Source of the DNA: Candidatus Undinarchaeales archaeon
Lineage (GTDB): Archaea > SpSt-1190 > JASMDC01
NCBI GenBank assembly: GCA_030753015.1
Contig: JASMDC010000009.1
Span: forward strand, 1-64,000
DNA: 64,000 nt
Direction: 5' to 3'
Made by a program: the position numbers and the translations under genes. Shown here piece by piece: positions 1 to 8,166 of the stretch. The notes under the pieces are model-generated. The model was given only the letters and a program-made list of their open reading frames with translations, searched no databases and was not told where the DNA came from. How positions within the stretch are numbered: the first letter of the stretch is position 1; the number at the start of each line of letters is the position of its first letter.

Positions 1-77
1 GGACCACCCGATGCGCCCGTGGAGCTGGAAACAGCGTCGAAGCGGGAAGCACCTCTACTTGGAGAGGGGTAGTTCAC
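1..77 (+). mobile_element. tnpB: 3' end (right end) of an IS200/IS605-family tnpB element, truncated by the window edge
   Basis: Frame 1 reads GPPDAPVELETASKREAPLLGEG* (stop 70-72), nearly identical to the C-terminus EPPDAPVELETASKREASLLVGG* of the TnpB at 26270-27412. Ends in hairpin CCTCT-N6-AGAGG followed by TAGTTCAC. Confidence 0.9.
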
Positions 78-142
78 CGGTATCGAGTGCGCAAGTGCCG
101 TCCGACGAAACCTTTATGTGTCCTCAGTGTACAGTTATTACT

Positions 143-2569
143 ATGGGACTGCGCCGTCCAGTGGTGCTTGTCGCCCTCCTTCTCCTATTCGCCTCCGCGG
201 GCATCTATACGCCCATCACCATCCCGAAGTACACCAAGCCCCATACGGCCCCGATCCACCTGTGCGGCACCTCGTGCGGCACTACTGACTGGTTTGCGAG
301 CACTCCCTTCTATCGCGGCGCGGTCCCGTTCGTCATCGGCAAGGATAGTGACGGGTACGATATCGTGGCCGCTGGACATGATGCTGCAGATAAGGTGCGT
401 ATCCCGGGGGACGGTCAGACAATCCTAAAGAAAGCGCGGCGCATCCACTTCCTCCTTACGGGCGCTCATAGTGATTGCGAACAGAAGATGACGTTGAGGC
501 TACAGTACGAGGGAGGGACCAGCGCGGATGTCGAGCTCGAGGTCCCCGATAAGGGATTCGGGTGCGAGAACATCGCTATCTACTTCGGCCAGGCATTGGA
601 CTGGTTCATCTACGCCCGCTCCGTGCAGAATCCCGAGCCTGACAAGAATATCGTGGCGCTCGAGTTACTGAACGAGCTAGAGGGATTCGGTCCACAGATA
701 ATCCTCATCGCCATCACCTTCGAGTATGGAGAGGCGGACGATGATAAGGATAGCTGCGATGCCATGGTAGGTAAGGACCACTGGGCCGTGGGCGCTGGCG
801 AACGACAAGCGGCGTATATCTATCTCTACTATGGGAACTCGGGAGCAGAGAGTATTAGCAACCTCACCAAGGTTAGCGAGGGTGTCCTCGTCAATCCTGG
901 GTTCGAGACCACTGACGCGTGCCTGGAGGATGATCCCGAAGGCTGGATCCAGTATGCGGCGGGCGCATCTAACGACTGTTGGGAAGTGGAGACGTCCCGC
1001 GTTAAGAGTGGTTCGAAGGCTTTTGGCAACTCTTTTGGATGCGATGAGGTCTGTAATGACGATGAGGGCGCGGCCGGTGTCTGGCCCAATATCTATGTCC
1101 GTCAGGACATAGCCCTCCCCGCCAAGGGGCAGTACCGGGTGAAAGCGGGATACTGGTTCACAGGTGACACGTTCGATGGCTCGGCGTGTGCCAATTATGC
1201 CCTTGGGGAGGACGATTCCCGTCCCCATCTGTTCGCCCTGGACAGTGGTGGAGGCCAGCTCGACGAGCACAAGGGACCTTCCTTCTCGGACCTTGGGAAG
1301 GTGCTCACTATGGGCACCTGGGCCTACCAGGATATCGAGTGGACCACCCCGAAGAACACCAAGTCCGTGCGGCTCCAAGTGGACGCTCTCGACGGCAATG
1401 ATGCCTGCCAGTCCAGCGACACGTATAACGGGGGGAACGCAGGGGGTTACGTAGATGATGCCCTTGTTTTCGTACGAAAACTACCGGGTGAAGAACCTCT
1501 TGTCGTCCTCGGTGGTGCGGACGCCGCCGCATGGTGGCATGCTGACTGGGAACAGCGTCTCGCAATAGGGATAGTCTCTGACGAAGCCCTTGAGGATTCT
1601 CAGGTGAAGGTCATCCTCGATACCGCTGCCATTATCAAAGCTGATCTGATGAACGAGGACTGCTCCGATATCCGGTTCACAACGGATGACGGTACCTTGC
1701 TCCCCCATTGGATCGAGAAGGGGTGTAACTCCGTAAAGACCTTGGTGTGGGTGAGGGTCCCAACGGTCCCCGAGGCAGACTATATCGACGCCACCTGTTG
1801 CGGTGACGATGGCGGGGAGCACCGAGTGGCCCGACAATGTCAGTCGGGATGCGTGTCCGATCCCGATGAGATTGCCTGTTGCGACGATCCAAACGATTGC
1901 GTGTTCGACGAATGCGTACTCTACACTTCAGAAGGAAAGTGCAAGGCGGACGACTGCACCTGGAATTCGGGTCGCACACCTCCCTGCTACGGAAAATCCC
2001 GGTGCTACGGCATCGCTGACGAGCGGGACCTCATGGGTGATGGCACACGGGAATATTGCGAGTGGGGTGTCTGGAAGGAACGATTCGAGGTCATGTACGA
2101 AGCTGGTGTTATCAACGAGCCGCGTCACGTAGTCCAACACATCACTCGTGGGGGGGGGTCCATCTACCTCAAGGTGCGCAACCAGCTTGGATCTGGTAAG
2201 AAGATCACAAACATGAACTTCTCAGTGACGGGGATGCTCCAGGATATGAATCCCACGTTCTTCACAAGCGAAGGGGACCGCGTATGGAACGAGAGGACCA
2301 ACACCCTTCGTAAGTTCCCTGATCTAGCATCGATCACCGTCACCTTGCGATATGACATCCCGTCCTTCAATGATCTGCTCGTCAACCAGTTCAAAGGAGG
2401 GCTTGTCATCGTTGCAGACGACCTCCCGCCCGTGTACCTTCCCGTGACCATATACGTGAACTATACCAACGTGAGGATCGACGACCTCAATCGGAAGGAC
2501 ATCCATGCTCTCATGAGCTTCTCGATGGGTTCGATAAAGGTCTCCGGTGGCTACCGGACGGATGAATAA
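143..2569 (+). CDS. Secreted modular surface protein (CBM-like NPGFE domain, DUF2341-like segments, Cys-rich CCGDD region)
   Basis: ATG 143 gives signal peptide MGLRRPVVLVALLLLFASAG; TTTAT at 113-117 is a likely TATA box. Motifs: WWHADWEQR..DCSDIRFTTDDGTLLPHWIE..VWVRVP and IYLYYGN (DUF2341-like), VNPGFE, TCCGDD. Confidence 0.8.
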   Translation: MGLRRPVVLVALLLLFASAGIYTPITIPKYTKPHTAPIHLCGTSCGTTDWFASTPFYRGAVPFVIGKDSDGYDIVAAGHDAADKVRIPGDGQTILKKARRIHFLLTGAHSDCEQKMTLRLQYEGGTSADVELEVPDKGFGCENIAIYFGQALDWFIYARSVQNPEPDKNIVALELLNELEGFGPQIILIAITFEYGEADDDKDSCDAMVGKDHWAVGAGERQAAYIYLYYGNSGAESISNLTKVSEGVLVNPGFETTDACLEDDPEGWIQYAAGASNDCWEVETSRVKSGSKAFGNSFGCDEVCNDDEGAAGVWPNIYVRQDIALPAKGQYRVKAGYWFTGDTFDGSACANYALGEDDSRPHLFALDSGGGQLDEHKGPSFSDLGKVLTMGTWAYQDIEWTTPKNTKSVRLQVDALDGNDACQSSDTYNGGNAGGYVDDALVFVRKLPGEEPLVVLGGADAAAWWHADWEQRLAIGIVSDEALEDSQVKVILDTAAIIKADLMNEDCSDIRFTTDDGTLLPHWIEKGCNSVKTLVWVRVPTVPEADYIDATCCGDDGGEHRVARQCQSGCVSDPDEIACCDDPNDCVFDECVLYTSEGKCKADDCTWNSGRTPPCYGKSRCYGIADERDLMGDGTREYCEWGVWKERFEVMYEAGVINEPRHVVQHITRGGGSIYLKVRNQLGSGKKITNMNFSVTGMLQDMNPTFFTSEGDRVWNERTNTLRKFPDLASITVTLRYDIPSFNDLLVNQFKGGLVIVADDLPPVYLPVTIYVNYTNVRIDDLNRKDIHALMSFSMGSIKVSGGYRTDE

Positions 2570-2640
2570 TAATCCTGCACACGCCGTTTGAGCGCGATAA
2601 CACTCTCACTATCCATAGGATGTATTCAGACTAAGGGAAG

Positions 2641-2665
2641 GGACGCCCGGAAGTCCCGGGCGTCC
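2641..2665. terminator. Perfect 10-bp GC-rich hairpin between convergent genes
   Basis: GGACGCCCGG-AAGTC-CCGGGCGTCC; terminator role inferred from position. Confidence 0.45.
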
Positions 2666-2680
2666 TGCTCTATCGACTCT

Positions 2681-3136
2681 CTACTTTTTGCCCTTCTTGG
2701 CGGGCTTCTTCTTGGGAGCTGCTTTCTTCTTAGGAGCTGCTTTCTTCTTAGGCTTCTCCTCTTCCTTTTCTTCTTCCTCTTCGGTCTCCTCTTCTTCCTC
2801 GGCCTCTTCCTTTTCTTCTTCTTCCTCTTCAGTCTCCTCTTCTTCCTCGGCCTCTTCCTTTTCTTCTTCTTCCTCTTCAGTCTCCTCTTCTTCCTCAGCC
2901 TCTTCCTTTTCTTCTTCTTCCTCTTCAGTCTTCTCTTCTTCCTCGGCCTCTTCCTCAAGCTCCTCTTCCTCGCGGAACAGCCTGATCACAACGTAGAACA
3001 GGAGGATGTAGCCGATGACGATCACTGGCTTATTGAGCTTGCTGATGCCGAACAGCACCGTAATAACGCCGAGTATGAACACGAGATAGACGAACGTCAT
3101 GCTCTGGACGAACCCCTGGTTATCATCATCTTCCAT
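2681..3136 (-). CDS. Two-TM membrane protein with Glu-rich repeat and Lys/Ala/Pro-rich basic tail
   Basis: Two hydrophobic helices, then about 4 x EEAEEEEETEEEEEEK, then PKKKAAPKKKAAPKKKPAKKGKK; AT-rich box at 3171-3179 upstream. Confidence 0.8.
   Translation of the reverse strand: MEDDDNQGFVQSMTFVYLVFILGVITVLFGISKLNKPVIVIGYILLFYVVIRLFREEEELEEEAEEEEKTEEEEEEKEEAEEEEETEEEEEEKEEAEEEEETEEEEEEKEEAEEEEETEEEEEKEEEKPKKKAAPKKKAAPKKKPAKKGKK
2760..2955. repeat. Coding tandem repeat, 48-bp period, about 4 copies
   Basis: (G/A)GCCTC recurs at 2801, 2849, 2897 and 2945; encodes the 16-aa Glu-rich unit. An 18-bp KKKAAP repeat lies at about 2708-2752. Confidence 0.9.
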
Positions 3137-3226
3137 TCGTAAGCACCGTAGCAGACTGTAGCCGGTATGGTTTTAAAAATTGTTCCCACAGCGCCGCTGC
3201 TCGGATCCCCGCAACCGCCCGACAGA

Positions 3227-3233
3227 TTTAAAA
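3227..3233 (+). promoter_or_regulatory. Archaeal TATA box for mvk (probably leaderless transcript)
   Basis: TTTAAAA ending 24 bp upstream of ATG 3257. Confidence 0.55.
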
Positions 3234-3256
3234 CGTCTATTAAGGTACCCGCGCCC

Positions 3257-4279
3257 ATGGTCACCGTCTCAGTCCCGGGAAAGGTATACCTCATCGGCGA
3301 GCATGCCGTCGTGTACGGCAAGCCAGCAATAATCGCCGCCGTTGGCCGACGTGTCACCGTCAACGCCGAGCCCGCTGACCGTGTGCAGATCATCGACAAC
3401 CAGATGGGTTCTGAGATGGACTGGTCCGTGGACGAGTGCCTTATCGCAGGCCGTCGAGCGAACGAACTGTGGAAGGCAGGCAATGCTGCAGGTGACTTCA
3501 CCGAGCTCTTCCAGTTCACCAAGGGTGACGCCTTCAAGCGCGCGGCCATCGGTACCTTCATGAACGAGTTCGGAGTGAGTTCGGGCTGTGCGCTAACCAT
3601 CGAGTCTTCCATCCCCCTGGGCTCCGGGCTCGGGTCCTCGTCAGCGCTCTCCGTAGCCCTCGCAGCAGTCGTCGCCGAGCTCAACGGACTGTCCGTACCC
3701 CGCGAAGAGGTCAACCGGCTCGCCTACCTGGCGGAGCGGTACAAGCATGGCCGCCCCTCGGGGGGGGACAACACGGCCTGTTGCTACGGTGGCCTGGTGT
3801 GGTTCCGGAAGGACACACCCGAGAACGTAATCCGCTCGCTCAAGGAGGAGGTGCCCTACAGTCTGGAGGATTTCGTGCTCGTGTACATCAAGGAGCCCGA
3901 ACGGACCACTGGGGAGCTGGTATCACACGTGCGCAGCCTGGACCCGGCCGTGCGCGATCCTTTAGTGGACGACATAAGCGAGGCCACCCACATGATGCGC
4001 ACAGCCCTCAAAGGGCGTGACGTTGGCTCCGTTGCGGGACTCATCGACCGTGCATGGGACGACCTGGCCGGACTGGGACTAAGTGTGCCCGAGGCAGACG
4101 AGCTCGTTGCCCGCATCCGTGCTGCTGGCGGGGCCGCCAAGCTCTGTGGCGCCTGTGGCGGTGGTATCATGCTGGTCCACTCGACCGACCGGGCGCGGCT
4201 CGACCAGGTCATCAAGGACGCAGGATACGAGCCCTGGGAGACCGAGCTGGGTGTCGAGGGGCTCAGGGTCGAGCACTGA
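3257..4279 (+). CDS. mvk: Mevalonate kinase
   Basis: PGKVYLIGEHAVVYG, GHMP motif PLGSGLGSSSA, HGRPSGGD, KLCGACGGG; clustered with MVA genes. Start moved to ATG 3257. Confidence 0.95.
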   Translation: MVTVSVPGKVYLIGEHAVVYGKPAIIAAVGRRVTVNAEPADRVQIIDNQMGSEMDWSVDECLIAGRRANELWKAGNAAGDFTELFQFTKGDAFKRAAIGTFMNEFGVSSGCALTIESSIPLGSGLGSSSALSVALAAVVAELNGLSVPREEVNRLAYLAERYKHGRPSGGDNTACCYGGLVWFRKDTPENVIRSLKEEVPYSLEDFVLVYIKEPERTTGELVSHVRSLDPAVRDPLVDDISEATHMMRTALKGRDVGSVAGLIDRAWDDLAGLGLSVPEADELVARIRAAGGAAKLCGACGGGIMLVHSTDRARLDQVIKDAGYEPWETELGVEGLRVEH

Positions 4280-4305
4280 GGATCGGGACTGCGGACCACA
4301 ACCCT

Positions 4306-4345
4306 GTGAACTACCCCTCTCGGAAGGGGACTTCCCGCCGAAATA
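4306..4345 (-). mobile_element. 40-bp IS200/IS605 mini-element (PATE-like)
   Basis: Minus strand reads TTTAT|TATTTCGGCGGGAAGTCCCCTTCCGAGAGGGGTAGTTCAC: same flanking TTTAT, GGGAAG-hairpin and TAGTTCAC terminus as the tnpB element at 26265-27612. Confidence 0.75.
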
Positions 4346-4387
4346 ATAAAGAGTTAAAGAACTCACCGTCGTACGGAGCGTGTAGCC

Positions 4388-4939
4388 ATGAGGATCGTCG
4401 TGTGCATCACCGGGGCCTCCGGGGCCGTTCTGGGCGTCCGACTCCTTGAGGAACTGCGCGCTCGTGGCGTTGAGACACATGCGGTCGTTTCCGCTGCCGG
4501 GAACAGCATCCTTGCCCACGAGCTGCCTGACGTTACTGTAGAGGCCGACCACGTCCATGATCCCAACGACCTGGCGGCCCCTATCGCGTCTAGCACGTAT
4601 CCCATCGATGCCGTCGTGGTTGCACCATGCTCTGCAAAGACGCTGTCGGCTGTGGCCAACGACTACGAGCACAACCTGGTGGTCCGAGCTGTGTCCTGCT
4701 GCCTCAAGCAGGAGCGGCCTGTCATTCTCTTGCCCCGGGAGACGCCGTACACCCTGGCCTATATCGAGAACCTGCGCAATGCCAAGCTCAACGGGTGCAC
4801 GATCCTGCCCCCGAACGTTGCCTACTACACACGACCAGGGACGGTGGACGATGTCACAGACTTCTTCATCGGCCGGGTTCTAGACCTCCTCGGGCTCGAG
4901 CACACGCTCTACAAACCATGGGAAGGGATGACATCATGA
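4388..4939 (+). CDS. ubiX: Flavin prenyltransferase (prFMN synthase)
   Basis: ITGASG, APIASS, VVAPCSAKTLSAVA, PRETP, ILPP..AYYTRP motifs. Confidence 0.95.
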   Translation: MRIVVCITGASGAVLGVRLLEELRARGVETHAVVSAAGNSILAHELPDVTVEADHVHDPNDLAAPIASSTYPIDAVVVAPCSAKTLSAVANDYEHNLVVRAVSCCLKQERPVILLPRETPYTLAYIENLRNAKLNGCTILPPNVAYYTRPGTVDDVTDFFIGRVLDLLGLEHTLYKPWEGMTS

Positions 4940-6243
4940 GGCTGCGAAGGTTCCTGGACAAGCTCGAGGAAGAAGGCAAGCTCACACGCATCTCGCGTGA
5001 GGTGTCCCATGAGTACGAGGTCGCCAACGTGCTTCACGCCAATGGCGAACGACCGACGCTCTTTGAACGTGTTAGCGGATTCGATATGCCCGTGTTCGGC
5101 GGTATCGTATCCTCGCGCGAGCTCGTGGCGGAGGGCCTGGGCACGACCCGGGAGGACATCCTGCCCCGGCTCGTGTCGGCGTTGCGCGATCCGCGCCCCC
5201 CGTCAACCGTGAATGACGCTCCCTGCCAGGAGGTGGTCGTCAAGGAGCCGGACCTCGATACGTTACCCATCCTCCTTCACCTGCCAGGAGACGGTGGACG
5301 GTACACGACCACCTCTATCTGCATCATCAAGGATCCCGATACCGGGAGGAACGCTAGCTATCATCGACTCATGCAGCGGGACCGGGACCGCTTCACCGCC
5401 CGCCTCATCCCCCAGCGCCAGACGCGCACAACCTGGGAGAAGGCAACGGATGACATCGAGGTCGCCGTGTGCCTTGGCAGTTCCACGGCGATGCTCGTCG
5501 CCGCATCCCTGGGACCGCCCTCGGGAGTTGATGAGCTCTCGGTGGCCAACGCCCTGGAGGAGACGCCGGTCGTGAAGTGCGTTACCAAGGACCTGGATGT
5601 GCCCGCGCACACGGAGATAGTGCTGGAGGGGCGCATCACGCATGACAGGGACGATGAGGGCCCTTTCGTAGACCTCACCGAGACCCGGGACATCCAGCGA
5701 CAGGAACCGGTGCTTGTGGTGGACTGCATCACCCATCGAAGGGATCCCCTCTACCAGTGCCTCCTTCCCGGCAGACTTGAGCACAAAACCCTCATGGGCA
5801 TGCCCAAGGAGCCGACCATCTACGAGTCCGTGTCAAAGGTGACCGACTGCAGGAACGTCTTCGTCACTCCTGGTGGCGGTTCATGGCTCCACGGCGTAGT
5901 GCAGGTCAGCAAGAGGCGCCCGGACGACGGAGTTAAGGCCATCCACGCAGCCTTCGAGGGCCACCGCTCCATGAAGCACGTGCTCGTGGTGGACGCTGAC
6001 GTGGACATCTACGATCCAGATGCCCTTGAGTGGGCCCTGGCCACGCGGTTCCAGGCCCACCGTGATGCGGTCATCCTTCCTGACCAGCCCTCGAGCTCCC
6101 TGGACCCCAGCGCCGAGCACCAGCCTGGGGAGAAGGCGAGGACGACCAAGGTCGGGCTGGACGCCACGATCCCCGAGGGCGTGGACCCGGCCCACTACGA
6201 GCGGGTGCGGTACAAAGACATAGACCTGGCGGACTACCGATGA
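4936..6243 (+). CDS. ubiD: UbiD-family decarboxylase, probably anhydromevalonate phosphate decarboxylase
   Basis: ATGA overlap with ubiX; DGGRY, NASYHR, EIVLEG, EGPFVD, VDADVDI, WALATR, KVGLDAT. Context of mvk/AcnX/ipk supports the AMPD role. Confidence 0.92.
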   Translation: MRLRRFLDKLEEEGKLTRISREVSHEYEVANVLHANGERPTLFERVSGFDMPVFGGIVSSRELVAEGLGTTREDILPRLVSALRDPRPPSTVNDAPCQEVVVKEPDLDTLPILLHLPGDGGRYTTTSICIIKDPDTGRNASYHRLMQRDRDRFTARLIPQRQTRTTWEKATDDIEVAVCLGSSTAMLVAASLGPPSGVDELSVANALEETPVVKCVTKDLDVPAHTEIVLEGRITHDRDDEGPFVDLTETRDIQRQEPVLVVDCITHRRDPLYQCLLPGRLEHKTLMGMPKEPTIYESVSKVTDCRNVFVTPGGGSWLHGVVQVSKRRPDDGVKAIHAAFEGHRSMKHVLVVDADVDIYDPDALEWALATRFQAHRDAVILPDQPSSSLDPSAEHQPGEKARTTKVGLDATIPEGVDPAHYERVRYKDIDLADYR

Positions 6244-6533
6244 CCCTCACCTGGATCGAGAAGCGAGAGATGGGCGACGACCTTCTGCTCCTGCTCGGGG
6301 GCGGTGCGACCCACATAGGGTGCGTGGCCGTGTGCGAGCCGGGCGAGGAGCCACGGACCATCTCTCTCGTGGGCCATAAGGAGGATGTGGTCGCCGCGCC
6401 TCTGGCACAGGCCGTCGCGTCGCGCACGGGACGCCGGGTGGCGGTCGTGGCGGGCATCCACTACGACGAGATAACCACTGAGCAGATCCAGCAGGTCATC
6501 GACGAGTGCAAAGAGTACGAGGTGGGCGCATGA
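6240..6533 (+). CDS. lpdD: LpdD-like prenylated-flavin chaperone
   Basis: MGDDLLLLLGGG.THIG, GHKE, VAVVAGIH motifs typical of the LpdD-like family; ATGA overlaps at both ends inside a ubiX-ubiD operon. Confidence 0.75.
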   Translation: MTLTWIEKREMGDDLLLLLGGGATHIGCVAVCEPGEEPRTISLVGHKEDVVAAPLAQAVASRTGRRVAVVAGIHYDEITTEQIQQVIDECKEYEVGA

Positions 6534-7735
6534 AGCTGACAGACGAGGAGCAGGAGATGCTCGACGGCGAGCAGGGCCCCGGAGTACAGAAGGCAATAGA
6601 GATCGTTGTGGCCCTTGGGACCATCTACGGAGCGGAGCAGCTGGTTCCTGTGTCCAGCGTCCAAGTGTCCGGGGTCTCTTACAAGAACCTCGGCGAGGCG
6701 GGGATCGAGTTCCTCACGGAGTGGGCGGATGCCGGTGCTCGTGTACGGGTGCCCACCACGCTAAACCCCGCGGGCATGGACCTTTTGCGATGGGAGGAGA
6801 TCGGCTTCCCTGAGGACTTCGCACGACGCCAGCAAGAGGTCATCGCGGCCTTCGTCCGCATGGCCATCGAGCCCACCTGTACGTGCACTCCCTACTTGAC
6901 CGGAAATCTCCCCGCGTTCGGTGACCACATAGCCTGGGGGGAGAGCTCGGCCGTGTCTTACGCCAACTCGGTCATCGGTGCCCGGACGAACCGCGAGGGT
7001 GGTCCCTCGGCACTGGCCGCTGCCATATCCGGTAGGACGGCCGTCTTCGGGCTCCACCTGGACAGGAACAGGATGGCCACGCACCGCATCGACGTAGCCT
7101 GTCCCGTTGAGAGCGTGGCCGACTTCGGGGCGCTGGGGTGCATGGTGGGCCGCATTGTCAAGAACCGTGTGCCGTACTTCGTGGGGATTCAATCCAAGGG
7201 AATGGAGGTGCTCAAGGCACTGGGGGCCGCCATGGCAGCCACCGGTGCAGTGGGGCTCTACCACATCGAGGACGTCACTCCAGAGGCCCGCCTCGGCGAC
7301 ATGCAGGGTGACAAAATCGAAGCAGTGACAATCGAGTCACTTGACGAGGGCTATGAAGGCCTGAACGGCGATGACAATACCGTGGACTTCGTGAGCGTCG
7401 GCTGCCCTCATGCTTCGCTTGCAGAAGTGCAAAAGGTGGTCGACCTCATCGGCGAACGCGAGCTCACAGCGACCTTATGGGTAACTACATCGCGCCAGGT
7501 ACGTGCCGAGGCCGAGCGCTTGGGGCTCGTTGCTCGCATCGAGGCCACCGGAGGTCATGTGGTCAGCGACACCTGCCTTGTGGTCGCTCCGGTCGAGCAC
7601 TTCGGCTTCAAGACCCTGGCCACGAACTCTGGGAAGGGGGCCACCTATGCGCCGGGCCACTGTGGGCTCAACGTCCGCTATGGTTCTCTAGAACAGTGCA
7701 TCGAGGCAGCGGTCAACGGGAGGTGGGACGCGTGA
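6530..7735 (+). CDS. Phosphomevalonate dehydratase large subunit (aconitase X catalytic subunit)
   Basis: SGVSYKNLG, TTLNPAGMD, CTCTPY, WGESSA, NREGG, GCPH, DTCLV. Confidence 0.93.
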   Translation: MKLTDEEQEMLDGEQGPGVQKAIEIVVALGTIYGAEQLVPVSSVQVSGVSYKNLGEAGIEFLTEWADAGARVRVPTTLNPAGMDLLRWEEIGFPEDFARRQQEVIAAFVRMAIEPTCTCTPYLTGNLPAFGDHIAWGESSAVSYANSVIGARTNREGGPSALAAAISGRTAVFGLHLDRNRMATHRIDVACPVESVADFGALGCMVGRIVKNRVPYFVGIQSKGMEVLKALGAAMAATGAVGLYHIEDVTPEARLGDMQGDKIEAVTIESLDEGYEGLNGDDNTVDFVSVGCPHASLAEVQKVVDLIGERELTATLWVTTSRQVRAEAERLGLVARIEATGGHVVSDTCLVVAPVEHFGFKTLATNSGKGATYAPGHCGLNVRYGSLEQCIEAAVNGRWDA

Positions 7736-8127
7736 AAGCACGGATCATCAAGGATGGGCGTGCGGAAGGCAAGGCGCTCGTCTCAAGTGAGCCCATCGGG
7801 TTCTTCGGTAACGTGGACCCGGATACGGGCGTGGTCGTGGAGAAGGGACACGAGCTCGAGGGCCAGTGCATCACGGACACAGTGCTCGTGTTCTCCACGG
7901 GCAAGGGGAGCACCGTCGGTTCCTACACCATCTACCGCCTCAAGAAGAACGGTAAAGCGCCAGCGGCCATCATCTGTGCCGAGAGCGAGCCTATCGTGGC
8001 CGTGGGTGCCATCATCGCCGATATCCCCATGGTGGACCGCGTGGACATCTCCGACATCCGCACCGGCGACTACGTCACCGTCGACGGCGACGAGGTGACC
8101 ATCGGGGCCGTGGGATTAAGCCGTTAA
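7732..8127 (+). CDS. Phosphomevalonate dehydratase small subunit (AcnX swivel domain, DUF126)
   Basis: GTGA overlap; GRAEGKALVS, VDPDTG, GKGSTVGSY, APAAII, IPMVD. Confidence 0.93.
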   Translation: MKARIIKDGRAEGKALVSSEPIGFFGNVDPDTGVVVEKGHELEGQCITDTVLVFSTGKGSTVGSYTIYRLKKNGKAPAAIICAESEPIVAVGAIIADIPMVDRVDISDIRTGDYVTVDGDEVTIGAVGLSR

Positions 8128-8166
8128 CATGAACGATTAATAACCTGTGGCCGTTCCCGGCCGGCT

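Noticed and set aside
11-142. N-terminal extension of the 852-aa ORF from ATG 11
   Set aside because: It lies in the tnpB right end; the signal peptide and TATA-like box support ATG 143.
2760-2955. Possible CRISPR array
   Set aside because: Units are contiguous with no unique spacers and encode a protein repeat; no cas genes seen.
2588-3142. Phe/Leu-rich, Ser-rich and Lys/Arg-rich ORFs over the Glu repeat
   Set aside because: Alternative-frame and antisense shadows of a purine-rich coding repeat.
4627-4935. Extended starts for the UbiD ORF (likewise 6506 and 7477 for the PMDh subunits)
   Set aside because: They overlap upstream genes; ATGA/GTGA couplings give the real starts.
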